From positions 214,479 to 278,478 of IMG/VR virus record IMGVR_UViG_3300021400_000025: a DNA stretch of 64,000 nucleotides. One strand, given 5' to 3'. The notes beneath the pieces were generated by a model. The model was not told the origin of the DNA. It did not search any database and worked only from the letters and a program-made list of their open reading frames with translations. The translations under genes and the position numbers were made by a program. Source of the DNA: a virus. Its lineage: Duplodnaviria > Heunggongvirae > Uroviricota > Caudoviricetes. Shown here in pieces: positions 12,062 through 21,648 of this stretch (positions are counted from its first letter, which is position 1; each line of letters opens with the position of its first letter).

Positions 12062-12301
12062 TCAATCAGAATCCTCATCATTGCAGTTGTATTTACCTTT
12101 TCCCCTACCCATGACGGTTTCATCTCCATGCCGAGATGGCATCTTGTCTGAGGGAACCCACCAGTATGCCCCCATCACAAGCATTCCCCATATGAATATG
12201 AAGAATGTCTTTGGGAACTCAATCCAAATCCCGGCAAGGCAGCAAATCAACGCCCCAACCAGGCAGGACAATGACAGTCCTTTTTGGGTTGTTCTTCTCA
12301 T
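12062..12301 (-). CDS. Small membrane protein
   Basis: Two hydrophobic segments. Confidence 0.5.
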   Translation of the reverse strand: MRRTTQKGLSLSCLVGALICCLAGIWIEFPKTFFIFIWGMLVMGAYWWVPSDKMPSRHGDETVMGRGKGKYNCNDEDSD

Positions 12302-12651
12302 TCTCTTGCTCCTCCTTCTTGGTTTTTCCCCTTCAGCAGCTTCTTGTCCTTCTTCCGTTCAAGCCATTTCCTTATCATAGTACCTATATGGAATGGCTTG
12401 AACACGATGCACATTTTCCGCAAAATGGATTCGCGTGGGACTTTGCTCCATAGACAATTGAGGAAAAACGCAAGATCCACCAGCAAAAGCACGAACAAGG
12501 TAAACGGCCAGAAAGCTGCCATCAGCCAGTCGCACTCATCCATTTTGTCGTCATAACTCCACATCCCCATCAGAAGGGACATGACCCAGACCATGAAGGC
12601 ATAGCCCAATATTATCGCCAATGCAATCATTGTTGAAGTCTCTCTCTCCAA
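12298..12651 (-). CDS. Membrane protein
   Basis: Two TM segments with an FWP motif. Confidence 0.5.
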   Translation of the reverse strand: MERETSTMIALAIILGYAFMVWVMSLLMGMWSYDDKMDECDWLMAAFWPFTLFVLLLVDLAFFLNCLWSKVPRESILRKMCIVFKPFHIGTMIRKWLERKKDKKLLKGKNQEGGARE

Positions 12652-12802
12652 TCATGTTGGTTTTTCAATGTCCTTGTTCTCAACCAGTTTCACATAGTGG
12701 TCGATTATGTTGCTTGCATCCATCAAATCCTTGTATATCTGGCTTATGGTGGAATATCTCAAAGCCTCCGCGTAAAGCCTTTCAGACAGCGCTTTCATGT
12801 CC

Positions 12803-13405
12803 TCAATCGTCATCATGTTTCAGTTTCCTTTCATCTTCTTTTCCTTCGGCCGCCTTGTTGAATGAATTGTCCTTTACATCCTGAAGCATGAAGTTAATCA
12901 CAGATCGCCGCTCATCAACTGCATTACTGCAATATCCCCTATCCCGATGGCAAGCTACTGTTGCTTTCTCCAGAGTATTATACACATCGCAATTCCTGGT
13001 TCCTGGCTTCCTCAGATGTTCAATGGTGTCGCAAAGCAGCTTCACTGTGTCAAAATGCGCCCCACGCCAAGTGTCCGTGTTCTGGAAGTCACGACCAATC
13101 TTGAGGATATGGTCAATGTCCATGTTTTCCATGTTGATGATGGGTGACGAATCAAGGTCGGGCTTTGGATGTTCGTTTTTCTCAATCTCCATTTCGTCCA
13201 ACCGTTCAAGCTCGCGCATGGCTTTTCCAATCAACCTCATGGTTTCGTTCGACAAGGACACATTCACTCCAGGAACTGCGTTTGGATGCCACACGCTTTT
13301 GTTCTTGTCCATTTCCTTTGCATGTTCAAGGGCACATTCCAGATAATGCCCGACAAGATTCAATGTATCGTGTGCAGATTGTTTCTGGCAAGATGGAGCG
13401 CACAT
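12803..13405 (-). CDS. Hypothetical protein
   Basis: Intact ORF in a tightly packed operon. Confidence 0.5.
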   Translation of the reverse strand: MCAPSCQKQSAHDTLNLVGHYLECALEHAKEMDKNKSVWHPNAVPGVNVSLSNETMRLIGKAMRELERLDEMEIEKNEHPKPDLDSSPIINMENMDIDHILKIGRDFQNTDTWRGAHFDTVKLLCDTIEHLRKPGTRNCDVYNTLEKATVACHRDRGYCSNAVDERRSVINFMLQDVKDNSFNKAAEGKEDERKLKHDDD

Positions 13406-13408
13406 ATC

Positions 13409-13801
13409 TTACTGCTTCCCTTCAATGTCCATGTTCTTGAAATTGATGATGGATGAATCTGGCTCGTACTTGCGCAACTTCTCCACTGCGTTTTCAAGCA
13501 TCGTGTCGCGCTTCTCGCAGAGGTCGAGATGCTTGCGGTAGAGGTTGATCAGCTCATCGTAGAAGCCCTTCTCGCCCATGTACCCCCACATCCATATTCC
13601 TGCGAAAATCCAGCCAATGCCAGAAATCCAATGGCACGACACCAATTCGCAACTTCCGACGAAGAACGAGCCAACAATCCCAATCCATCCTGAGTTCCAG
13701 AACGCGATTGCCCGCCTCATCCCTCTCTTAAACCAGCCAATTTCTTTCGTTTCAGACATGATGCTTCTTTCTTTCATATACAACATTATACAACATTTCA
13801 C
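13409..13801 (-). CDS. Membrane protein (true start probably slightly downstream, MSETKE)
   Basis: TM segments; TTTACA-N17-TATAAT promoter overlaps the 5' end of the ORF. Confidence 0.5.
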   Translation of the reverse strand: MKCCIMLYMKERSIMSETKEIGWFKRGMRRAIAFWNSGWIGIVGSFFVGSCELVSCHWISGIGWIFAGIWMWGYMGEKGFYDELINLYRKHLDLCEKRDTMLENAVEKLRKYEPDSSIINFKNMDIEGKQ

Positions 13802-15012
13802 TTGTTTTGTAAAGCGTCTTCAATGCGCTTCTTCGCGTAGTTGAAGTATTCCCCTTCCTTCTCAATTCCAATGAAGTTTCTCCCAATCTGGATTGCCGCA
13901 ACTCCAGTTGAGCCAGAACCCATGAACGGGTCAAGAACCAATGCGCCTTTGGGGGCAACCATCCTTATCAGGTACTTCATCAGTTCCACTGGCTTTACGG
14001 TTGGATGGGGATTGTCCTTGCCCTTCTCGCTCTTGCTGGCTTTCGCGCAGTAGAAGAACCTTGCCGCAGAGCCAATGGAGTTGTCAGACCCATGGTTTTC
14101 AAAGTCTGTCTTTTCCCCATTATTGTTGAAATGCCTTGCTCCCTTTGTTGTGTTCCAACTTCCACCCTTCACGTTGTCTGGGAACAGTTCAACAACCTCG
14201 TCGGACCCATCGTGTATGATGTTCGCAGGGAAACGACCAGATGGCTGCTTGAACTCGGTATCGCAGGTCTTTCCCTCAGCGAACATTCCCGAACCCTTTG
14301 CGTCACGGTCTTGACCATACAGACCCTTTTCCCTATGCCCATCCTTGCAGTACGCGCCACCATTGAGGTTGTCGCCTGTTGGAACACGGCAATCGTCAAT
14401 GTTGATTCCACCTGTGCCATACTTCAACACTGTGTCAACAACTGTCCCCTCCAATGGCTTTCGCGCCATTATCACAGGTTCATATGCTGGCTTCAGACAA
14501 GTCCCCCATCCCCTCCATTTCTTCGCCTCTTCCACATCCCCTGTTTTCTTCTTGTCAATCGCCTTTGAGATGTCCATGGATTTCGGAAATCCTTGGCCAT
14601 ACAGCCACATGATTGTATCTCGAACTTCCCAACCAGCATCCTCAATGGCGCAAGCCAACCGATGATATGTCCTCGTCCCACCAAAAGCCAGAAGATGCGC
14701 ACCAGGCTTCGCAATCCTCAGCATTTCTTGAAACACTGGCGTCATGTACTCCTGAAACTTGAACGAGTCGCAGTCCTTGTACCCACGGCTATGAGAACCA
14801 CCATATGCAAAACCACCTCGCTTCTCCTTGCCCGTGGACATTTGCCCAACCATGCCACCAGGACTGTCCCACTTCTTGTTCATGAAATTGATGCCATACG
14901 GTGGGTCAGTGACGATTGCATCTATGCAATCATCTGGCATTTTCCTCATTGCTTCCAGACAGTCGGCGTGTAGAACGCCAAATGGATTTTTCTCGTCAGT
15001 TTCCATGTTCAA
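13798..15012 (-). CDS. DNA methyltransferase, N4-C/N6-A (beta class)
   Basis: DPPY motif, HPTVKP and VLDPFMGSGSTG. Confidence 0.92.
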   Translation of the reverse strand: MNMETDEKNPFGVLHADCLEAMRKMPDDCIDAIVTDPPYGINFMNKKWDSPGGMVGQMSTGKEKRGGFAYGGSHSRGYKDCDSFKFQEYMTPVFQEMLRIAKPGAHLLAFGGTRTYHRLACAIEDAGWEVRDTIMWLYGQGFPKSMDISKAIDKKKTGDVEEAKKWRGWGTCLKPAYEPVIMARKPLEGTVVDTVLKYGTGGINIDDCRVPTGDNLNGGAYCKDGHREKGLYGQDRDAKGSGMFAEGKTCDTEFKQPSGRFPANIIHDGSDEVVELFPDNVKGGSWNTTKGARHFNNNGEKTDFENHGSDNSIGSAARFFYCAKASKSEKGKDNPHPTVKPVELMKYLIRMVAPKGALVLDPFMGSGSTGVAAIQIGRNFIGIEKEGEYFNYAKKRIEDALQNK

Positions 15013-15021
15013 TCCTCATTC

Positions 15022-15381
15022 TCAATCGCACACATAGTCAAAATACTCCTGGTCACCGGGCTTCGCGTTCTTCACCCTCTCAACATGTTCCCACTCGGCC
15101 TTTTCCCGTTTCCTCGCCTTTCGTCTAATCAGATATTCCCTGAACCACACACCTGCCTTGATCAACCATCTAAACACGTAGGAGAGATAGTAGATGATTC
15201 CAAGCACCAGCGCAAGCACAGAACCCAAAACAACAGCCGGCCAAAATACAAGCAGACAAAACGCAATGAGATAATCCTCAGTTTCAAATCTCTTGACCTC
15301 ATCATGCTTCCAGATGCCAAATGCAAAAGGAAGCACAACAAGTCCAACGCAATAGATTGTCAAGAAACACTCAAAACTCAT
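15022..15381 (-). CDS. Membrane protein
   Basis: Hydrophobic segments with an FWP motif. Confidence 0.5.
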   Translation of the reverse strand: MSFECFLTIYCVGLVVLPFAFGIWKHDEVKRFETEDYLIAFCLLVFWPAVVLGSVLALVLGIIYYLSYVFRWLIKAGVWFREYLIRRKARKREKAEWEHVERVKNAKPGDQEYFDYVCD

Positions 15382-15734
15382 TTCAATTCCTCCTTCTTTT
15401 CTTTGGACTTGGTGAAGTCAAATTCCAAGATTCTCTTCTTCATCTCGTCAATCTCCTCCTGAGTGACATATTTGGTTCTGGTTTCAGTCTTGCCAAAACC
15501 CTTGTCAAGGTCAAGGGTGCCGCTCTGCGCCCACGTGTTCTTCCAGTAATGGGCTTCCCTTCTCTGAAGCTCCGATTCCGAAATCTCCATCCGCCATCCA
15601 ATCGACCAGAACAGACCGGCAATCCATCCAGGCAAAGCACTCCAGTTTCCATCATATATGTTGACCCCAATGCATCCAATGGCAATTCCAATGCAGAACT
15701 GCACAAGGCTCTTGTACCAGTATTTCAAGTTCAT
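15378..15734 (-). CDS. Membrane protein
   Basis: Two TM segments. Confidence 0.5.
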   Translation of the reverse strand: MNLKYWYKSLVQFCIGIAIGCIGVNIYDGNWSALPGWIAGLFWSIGWRMEISESELQRREAHYWKNTWAQSGTLDLDKGFGKTETRTKYVTQEEIDEMKKRILEFDFTKSKEKKEELK

Positions 15735-15754
15735 GTGTCATTTCCTCATATACA

Positions 15755-15988
15755 TTATACAACATCTGGCTTCTGATGCAAACGAGCAGATTCAACTATG
15801 TCCTGTTCCCAATATTCCTCAAGATCAAGCATGATGTACACCAGACCATTATGGGGAGATTGCCGAATCATGATGTGCGAATCAGAAACATCGCACCGTC
15901 TAGGGGTCAGGTTTGAGAACAGACAGAAATTCACCTCTGAATCAGGTGGAAATTTGGATAGTTTGGAAATGAGTTCCTTGTTCGTCAT
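15755..15988 (-). CDS. Hypothetical phage protein
   Basis: MTNKELISKLSKFPPDSEV, a common phage N-terminal motif. Confidence 0.55.
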   Translation of the reverse strand: MTNKELISKLSKFPPDSEVNFCLFSNLTPRRCDVSDSHIMIRQSPHNGLVYIMLDLEEYWEQDIVESARLHQKPDVV

Positions 15989-15994
15989 ACTGCA

Positions 15995-16948
15995 TTATAC
16001 ATCAGAATTGGTTTCTTGTAAAGGATATTTCTTGTTCCACTCTTCTATTCGTTTCAGTAGTTCTTCTAATGTTATTGAACACGAGTCTCGTTTTGAAGCA
16101 TTATCGCATTGACGAACTAATCTACAGTTTGCAGGATGTGATATTATTTTGGGGTCTATGTTATTCAAAAAACCTTCCTTTACTGAATACATGTGGTCAC
16201 GGGAAACACCACCCATATTGTTTCCACGGTTCTTTGCTGAATACCAACCGTGTTCTTCAATTAATTTGAAGTCAAACTCATCTGGAAATTGGTTAAGTGA
16301 AAATGTAAACCTACATAATTCTCTATACCGAATGAGACGCAACTTATATTTTTCTTCGTCTGAAAGTCCATCCATATTTTTAGGAATATAGTTCTTAATT
16401 TTTAATCGTCCAGACTTAAATCCTTCTTTAAGGGTTTTTTGAACCTGTTCAGAATGGGCTTTAACTCTAATGTCAGTGGTCTTTGTTAATCCTTTGTTCC
16501 ACGCAACACATTTTTGTCCATTATAATGTTCTTCTCTATAATGTGAATTTCTTTCAGCCCTTGTCCTAAATATTTTACCACAAGTTGAGCATTTCCAATC
16601 TCCCTTTGCTCTACGTTTGTTATGGATATTGCTTTGGTTAAAGAATGCCGAGGTAAATGTTCCGTTTTTCAATTTGGTTTCATATGAATGTTTTCCTATT
16701 ACATGCATCCTACATTTTTTAGAACAGAACCTACCTGTGCCATAAGAACCATCATGCTCGTTGTTGCAATCTGGATTTTCACACTTGAACAATCCATTTG
16801 GAAGTCTGCGTTTATTTCGTTCTTCCTCAAGAAGTTTTAGATGAACTTTGCATTTTGATTGATGTCCAGTCATCTGGTTCAATCGTTCAAATTCTTTACC
16901 ACATTCACAGACAAATAGTCTGTGTTTTTCTTTACATTTATCACACAT
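15995..16948 (-). CDS. Zn-finger-containing putative HNH-type homing endonuclease
   Basis: C2H2-like fingers, EHDGSYGTGRFCSKKC, AWNKG, C-terminal SRDH...HPANC...N. Confidence 0.7.
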   Translation of the reverse strand: MCDKCKEKHRLFVCECGKEFERLNQMTGHQSKCKVHLKLLEEERNKRRLPNGLFKCENPDCNNEHDGSYGTGRFCSKKCRMHVIGKHSYETKLKNGTFTSAFFNQSNIHNKRRAKGDWKCSTCGKIFRTRAERNSHYREEHYNGQKCVAWNKGLTKTTDIRVKAHSEQVQKTLKEGFKSGRLKIKNYIPKNMDGLSDEEKYKLRLIRYRELCRFTFSLNQFPDEFDFKLIEEHGWYSAKNRGNNMGGVSRDHMYSVKEGFLNNIDPKIISHPANCRLVRQCDNASKRDSCSITLEELLKRIEEWNKKYPLQETNSDV

Positions 16949-17026
16949 ATTATTTTTACCTTTTTGTTTCTGAAGTCATGTCCGTGACTCCATAAAAGTA
17001 TTTACTTTAATTATACATAAAAGAAA

Positions 17027-17052
17027 AGACCATAGGCGGACACCTATGGTCT
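17027..17052 (-). terminator. Intrinsic terminator of the tRNA island (loop UGUCCG)
   Basis: AGACCATAGG-TGTCCG-CCTATGGTCT followed by TTTCTTTT. Confidence 0.8.
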
Positions 17053-17062
17053 AACTTTAGAT

Positions 17063-17137
17063 TGGAGCTGGGAACTGTACTCGCAACAGTGTAGTCCATA
17101 TTACAAGTATGGTGCATAACTTCTCTGCCATCCCAGC
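17063..17137 (-). tRNA. tRNA-Thr(UGU)
   Basis: Cloverleaf; CCATA-CT-TGT-AA-TATGG; CCA end. Confidence 0.88.
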
Positions 17138-17144
17138 GTCAAAT

Positions 17145-17219
17145 TGGTGGACCGACGGAGAGTTGAACTCCGACCTTCTGGATGCAAACCAGATGTGCTA
17201 CCGCTATCACTATCGGCCC
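17145..17219 (-). tRNA. tRNA-Ala(UGC)
   Basis: Cloverleaf, G3:U70, CCA. Confidence 0.92.
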
Positions 17220-17265
17220 ATAAAGATGAATGACGATTTTAATTATACGAAAATGACAGAAAAAC

Positions 17266-17343
17266 TGGAGCCACAATCAAGAATTGAACTTGAAACCTAC
17301 TCTGTACGAAAGAGTTGCACTACCAGAATTGTGCTATTGTGGC
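17266..17343 (-). tRNA. tRNA-Thr(CGU)
   Basis: ACTCT-TT-CGT-AC-AGAGT; CCA. Confidence 0.9.
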
Positions 17344-17346
17344 CAT

Positions 17347-17422
17347 TGGAGCTACAGTCGGGAGTTGGACCCGAAACCTACGCAATACCGATGCGTTGCA
17401 CTACCAGTTGTGCTACCGTAGC
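17347..17422 (-). tRNA. tRNA-Thr(GGU)
   Basis: ACGCA-TC-GGT-AT-TGCGT; CCA. Confidence 0.88.
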
Positions 17423-17430
17423 ATTGAAAT

Positions 17431-17506
17431 TGGTGGACCGAGCAGGACTCGAACCTGCAACCTAGAGATTATGAGACTCCTCGTCTAACCATTGACATAT
17501 CGGTCC
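17431..17506 (-). tRNA. tRNA-Met/Ile2(CAU)
   Basis: CT-CAT-AA loop; TTCGA T-loop; CCA. Confidence 0.88.
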
Positions 17507-17858
17507 TCCAAAAGGTTCTCGTTGAAATGGCAGTTTTCACAGTGGCAAGATTTGTTCATCCCAGGGATTATGCCATGCACGGCCAACACATTAAGATGCC
17601 TTGTTAGGGACATGCGCCATCAACGAGGTTTTGCGCAAATTGGGCAGGATTTGCTTTTCCGGGGTCACCTGCGTTCTCCCCAACCGAAGACCCACTAGGG
17701 GCTTTTGATGTTTCTCGTTCGGCACCCAACTGGAGGATGGCGATACACGCAGTAGGCTACGCTGCTCCCTGGATCAGATGTTCCCCCAGCTCAGCCCAAC
17801 ACGTTCTTGGGACTTCACCAACGGCCGATTCGTCTACGTCCTGTTGGCTTGCAAATAA

Positions 17859-18000
17859 GGCCGTGCATCTGGGAGTCGAACCCAGCGTCTTGGCAGATTC
17901 AGCGGCCGCTCTCCTCTGCCCTGTTCTCTTGGACAATATCTCCACACATTTTCACTGCTTAAGACAGCTCCAATGCATCCTTATTTGAACTATATGCACG
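17859..18000 (-). ncRNA. Expanded tRNA-like RNA
   Basis: CGTGCAT/ATGCACG acceptor, CTGGG-TTCGACT-CCCAG T-arm, and a large insert in place of the anticodon arm. Confidence 0.55.
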
Positions 18001-18009
18001 ATAGAAATG

Positions 18010-18128
18010 GCGTCTGTGATATCCCACAATTGACTTCAACCAACACGTCGGGATTCGAACCACGGTCTCACTCTTCGTGTATTCTGCCTTTTTGAACTAT
18101 TCGTGTCTAATCTTCATGTGACAGACGC
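18010..18128 (-). ncRNA. YrlA/Y RNA-like tRNA mimic
   Basis: Terminal GCGTCTGT/ACAGACGC helix enclosing a D-loop-like arm and a GGTTCGAATCC T-arm. Confidence 0.55.
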
Positions 18129-18141
18129 ACATTGAAATGGT

Positions 18142-18181
18142 GTGTTCGCTTTTGCAAACAAGTGTTCGCTTTTGCAAACAA
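18142..18181. repeat. 20-nt tandem duplication (gtgttcgcttttgcaaacaa x2)
   Basis: Exact direct repeat. Confidence 0.8.
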
Positions 18182-18774
18182 CCGTAAATGGTGGACCCGT
18201 TTTACAGTGGCGCGGCCCATTCTTCTTCCTACCCACCAACCCACTGCATAGTAGCATCCTTTCCTTCCTCAGGTGATTGTCCACCGTCTTTGTGGGACGC
18301 AACCGGCAACTACTTCCAATGCTCACTCCAAGTGTTTCCAATGGAGACTCAATGGATATGGAGAATCATATTTCGGGTGCTGCCCGTTTGCTTTGTAAAT
18401 ATGACCTCACCGGTCTGCGCTTGCTGCAACAAATCCAATTCTCAAAGAACAACACGTTAATTATACGCCATTGCCCTGTTTTTGTAAAGTGGAAGTTTCC
18501 AACTCAGGAGACTTTTCCATTCGAGGACTATGGATGTCCAATCATTTGAGTTTGACCAGACATGCCATAGACTTCACTCAATTATCCACAAGAATGTACT
18601 CACGAACCATCGTTGGAAACGTTCAGGATTCTTGAGATTTGTTTTACGCCACACAGGCAACCCAACCAGAATCCCACAGGGATTGGGTACTTGAAAATGG
18701 AGTGAACGATGGGTGCCGCCCCCACTTAATCCAACCTGGCAGATTGGTGAACTGCTGATGTTCCACGTTCACAT

Positions 18775-18848
18775 AGCACCAGGCGGGATTCGGACCCGCG
18801 ATAACCTGCTTGGAGGGCAGGAGCCATTGACCACTAGGCGACTGATGC
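18775..18848 (-). tRNA. tRNA-Gly(UCC)
   Basis: CCTGC-CC-TCC-AA-GCAGG; U73. Confidence 0.85.
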
Positions 18849-18857
18849 ATTGAAATT

Positions 18858-18929
18858 TTGCTCCTACTGGGTTCGAACCAATTCTCCTTGAGTCAGAGTC
18901 AAGTATACTACCAATTATATTAAGGAGCA
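18858..18929 (-). tRNA. tRNA-Gln(CUG)
   Basis: CTTGA-CT-CTG-AC-TCAAG. Confidence 0.88.
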
Positions 18930-18942
18930 TTGAAATCTTGTT

Positions 18943-19016
18943 TGGTTGTCCCTGGAGAATTTGCATCTCCCCTAACTGGATCAAAACCAGTTGTGCTGCT
19001 GCTACACCAAGGGACA
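18943..19016 (-). tRNA. tRNA-Gln(UUG)
   Basis: ACTGG-TT-TTG-AT-CCAGT; CCA. Confidence 0.88.
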
Positions 19017-19634
19017 TTCACGAAAGGAAGTTCAATCCGACCACATTGGTTTTCGATCTTGTATCATGGATTTGCAACATCTGACATCGTTCCCGTACTC
19101 GTTGCATTTTCGGGGAAATCCATCAGAACCCGTCAACCAAGTGTACTTCCCATGTGGTTGCTCCGCTTTCGCAGAACATTCTGCACAGCATGTTGATATC
19201 GGATTGAAAAATTGAATGACGCGCCTTGGAATCGAACCAAGGGCAGATTGGTCTGACTTACGATTCAGACACTCTTCGGCACCCATTCGCGCCATGGTTG
19301 CTATGCAACCTGAAATCACAGGTTTGTTTTTCGCAGACTGTCCATTGCGGTTGTTTTGCGCCTGAGAACGCAAACCAATAGTGTTGCTACTCCCGTTATG
19401 CAGTCTCTTAAATGTTCTGTTGCAACAGAACAACCGGGCTTGCCTAGCAGAGCACTTGAACAAACCAAAAACCGACTCATGTGGTAGCTGACCTTTCTGA
19501 GTTTGACCCGTCATGATTCCGTCGGGCTTTTTTCGTTCAGTGTTTTGGCACTGAACCAAATGGTATGCGCGGAGACATGAAAAACAATTACATAAGAGGT
19601 GGTAGTCACTCTCATTTTTCTCACGCGCATGAAA

Positions 19635-19711
19635 TGGCGGGAAGGACGAGGCACGATCTCGCAACCTTCGGATCGACAGTCCGAAGCTCTAACCAATTGA
19701 GCTACCTCCCC
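19635..19711 (-). tRNA. tRNA-Asp(GUC)
   Basis: TCGGA-CT-GTC-GA-TCCGA; G73; CCA. Confidence 0.92.
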
Positions 19712-19967
19712 ACAAAAATCGTGTGGTCTACCCGGTTTTGCCCGGGTTTCATGCTTCAACATTCCAACCTTGCTTGGTTTTCGCTTTCATGATTTGGTTG
19801 GAACTCCACACGCATGTCGTTCGCAACAGCAAACGATCCCTGCGACCCACAGGTACTCAAAATCACATTCAATTGTCAAAGAACAACCTTTGTCTGATGC
19901 TTAAGCATTATCTGATGCGCAAGCATCATTCGATGCGCAAGCATCATTCAAAGAACCAACAAACCAA

Positions 19968-20921
19968 TTATACACCATCTTCACCAAGATGTAAAGCGGA
20001 ATCTTCCTCTCGCTTTGGATAGGGAAGAACCTTGTTCAATTCAAGGAACTTCTTCCTCAGCGCGTTCGTCTCCCTTCTGTCCCTCCCGAGCACGAATGCG
20101 TACTTGTGCTTGCTCGGGAACTCAATCTTCTTCGCCTCTTTGTACATCTTCTTGGAATAATCCCTCAGCTTCTGCTCCACATCGTCCGGAATGTTCTCCC
20201 ACAGCATCTTCTGGTCATCGTTCCAGTTCCTCTGCCAGACTATCCCAAGATCCTTCGCGTATCTCTTGTACATTGATCTTGCCCTGAAAGCCCTGTCAGA
20301 AATCATCACCTTGGGGTTGTATGGGTTCACGCATCTGATTGAAGTTCCATGCCCCTGACCAAGATAGTAGAAGTTAAGCCCCTGATAGATGCTCCCAATC
20401 TCCTTCGCCTGTGGATCAGAATAGCATGTGAACAGTCTGTACTGCGTGTTCATCACCATCCACTTGATGCACCACATCACGAACTTGGAGCCAAGGTTGA
20501 ATGGACACCATGAAGCAGATGCACCCCTCATCAGAAGCCGCTCAATGTCCTTCGTGTTCTCCCCAAGCAGCTTTGAGAATGCATTTGGCATCCCCATTAT
20601 CACAACCCCACCAAGAATGCCCTTGTATCGGGCAGTGAACCAGTGTGTTGGATAGTTCCCAACTGTCCCAAGCCACTCGTACCTCTGTATGAACTTCGTA
20701 GCCTCGGCTTTTTCTGCCTTTGACGTTATTGGACTGAATTCAAAATCGTCAAGGGAAATGCTTTTCAAATCGTCTTCGCTGCTCCATCCATGAAGTTCCA
20801 TGTCCTCCTTCAAGGTGTCAAGCCGTTTCTGGTACTGGTAGCACCACTTCTTATCGTATGTGCGTATCTTCTCAAGCAGTCCTATGTCGCCCATTGTTGG
20901 GATTCCTTTCCTGTTGTACAT
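19968..20921 (-). CDS. Mom-like (GNAT-fold) DNA adenine modification protein
   Basis: FIQRYEWLG...YSDPQAKEIGSIYQGLNFYYLG resembles the Mom-family YxDP...GxIYQAxNFxYxG motif. Confidence 0.75.
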   Translation of the reverse strand: MYNRKGIPTMGDIGLLEKIRTYDKKWCYQYQKRLDTLKEDMELHGWSSEDDLKSISLDDFEFSPITSKAEKAEATKFIQRYEWLGTVGNYPTHWFTARYKGILGGVVIMGMPNAFSKLLGENTKDIERLLMRGASASWCPFNLGSKFVMWCIKWMVMNTQYRLFTCYSDPQAKEIGSIYQGLNFYYLGQGHGTSIRCVNPYNPKVMISDRAFRARSMYKRYAKDLGIVWQRNWNDDQKMLWENIPDDVEQKLRDYSKKMYKEAKKIEFPSKHKYAFVLGRDRRETNALRKKFLELNKVLPYPKREEDSALHLGEDGV

Positions 20922-20960
20922 TCAATTATACACTGCATATGAGGGTCATACGCAAAGCGA

Positions 20961-21184
20961 ACTTCAGAGAGGGTGGGCTTCACTCCACCATGTCCTTCAT
21001 GTCATCGCAGCCTTCCTGGATTTTCACCATCAGCTAGACATGAACTACACGTTTCCAAAACGCTCGGCGCAGCAGATTCTCGCTTCAACCCGACCTGCTC
21101 CACCGCCAACTTTCGCTTGCCGCCAGTTTTTACCCCGTTGAAGTGGCTAAGGCCTGCACGAACTTTTCGTTCACTCTCTGAAGC
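20961..21184 (-). ncRNA. Unknown structured RNA (~220 nt)
   Basis: Closed by a CTTCAGAGAG/CTCTCTGAAG helix; GC-rich and non-coding; follows tRNA-Val. Confidence 0.45.
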
Positions 21185-21190
21185 AACAAA

Positions 21191-21267
21191 TGGTTCCCGA
21201 TATTGGATTTGAACCAATGACCTTCTCCATGTCAAGGAGACGCGCTAACCAACTACGCCAATCGGAA
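21191..21267 (-). tRNA. tRNA-Val(GAC)
   Basis: TCTCC-TT-GAC-AT-GGAGA; CCA. Confidence 0.92.
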
Positions 21268-21270
21268 ATA

Positions 21271-21347
21271 TGGTAGACGATACAGGACTTGAACCTGTGA
21301 CTTTTTCCATGTGAAGGAAACACTCTAGCCTACTGAGTTAATCGTCC
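21271..21347 (-). tRNA. tRNA-Val(CAC)
   Basis: TTTCC-TT-CAC-AT-GGAAA; CCA. Confidence 0.92.
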
Positions 21348-21357
21348 AGCTTGAAAT

Positions 21358-21434
21358 TGGGTTGTCTTGCTGGTTCTGCCCCAGCGATTTCCCCGTCCAC
21401 AGCGGGGCGTCTTCACTACTCGACCAAAGACAAC
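21358..21434 (-). tRNA. tRNA-His(GUG)
   Basis: CCCCG-CT-GTG-GA-CGGGG; G-1:C73. Confidence 0.9.
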
Positions 21435-21441
21435 ATTACAG

Positions 21442-21534
21442 TGGCGGATGAGGCGCGTCCCGGCCGCGCATGTGAGCTTTCGCCCGACCATTCGCTTTCC
21501 AAGCGAAGCTGTTTGCCAATTCCAGCACTCATCC
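21442..21534 (-). tRNA. tRNA-Ser(GGA)
   Basis: Long variable arm; TTCGC-TT-GGA-AA-GCGAA; G73. Confidence 0.88.
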
Positions 21535-21544
21535 ATGAAATTTT

Positions 21545-21639
21545 CGGAGTTGGGTGGATTTGAACCACCACAGGGACTTTGACATCCCCTACTAACGGTT
21601 TAGCAAACCGTGGCCTTACCTGGTTAGGCTTACAACTCC
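21545..21639 (-). tRNA. tRNA-Ser(GCU)
   Basis: Long variable arm; ACGGT-TT-GCT-AA-ACCGT. Confidence 0.9.
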
Positions 21640-21648
21640 AATGAAAAT

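Noticed and set aside
19894-19947. Short repeats (gatgcgcaagcatc; also 18142-18181 and 27756-27803) as a CRISPR array
   Set aside because: Only 2-3 adjacent copies, no unique spacers and no cas genes; they fit leader hairpins or slippage duplications
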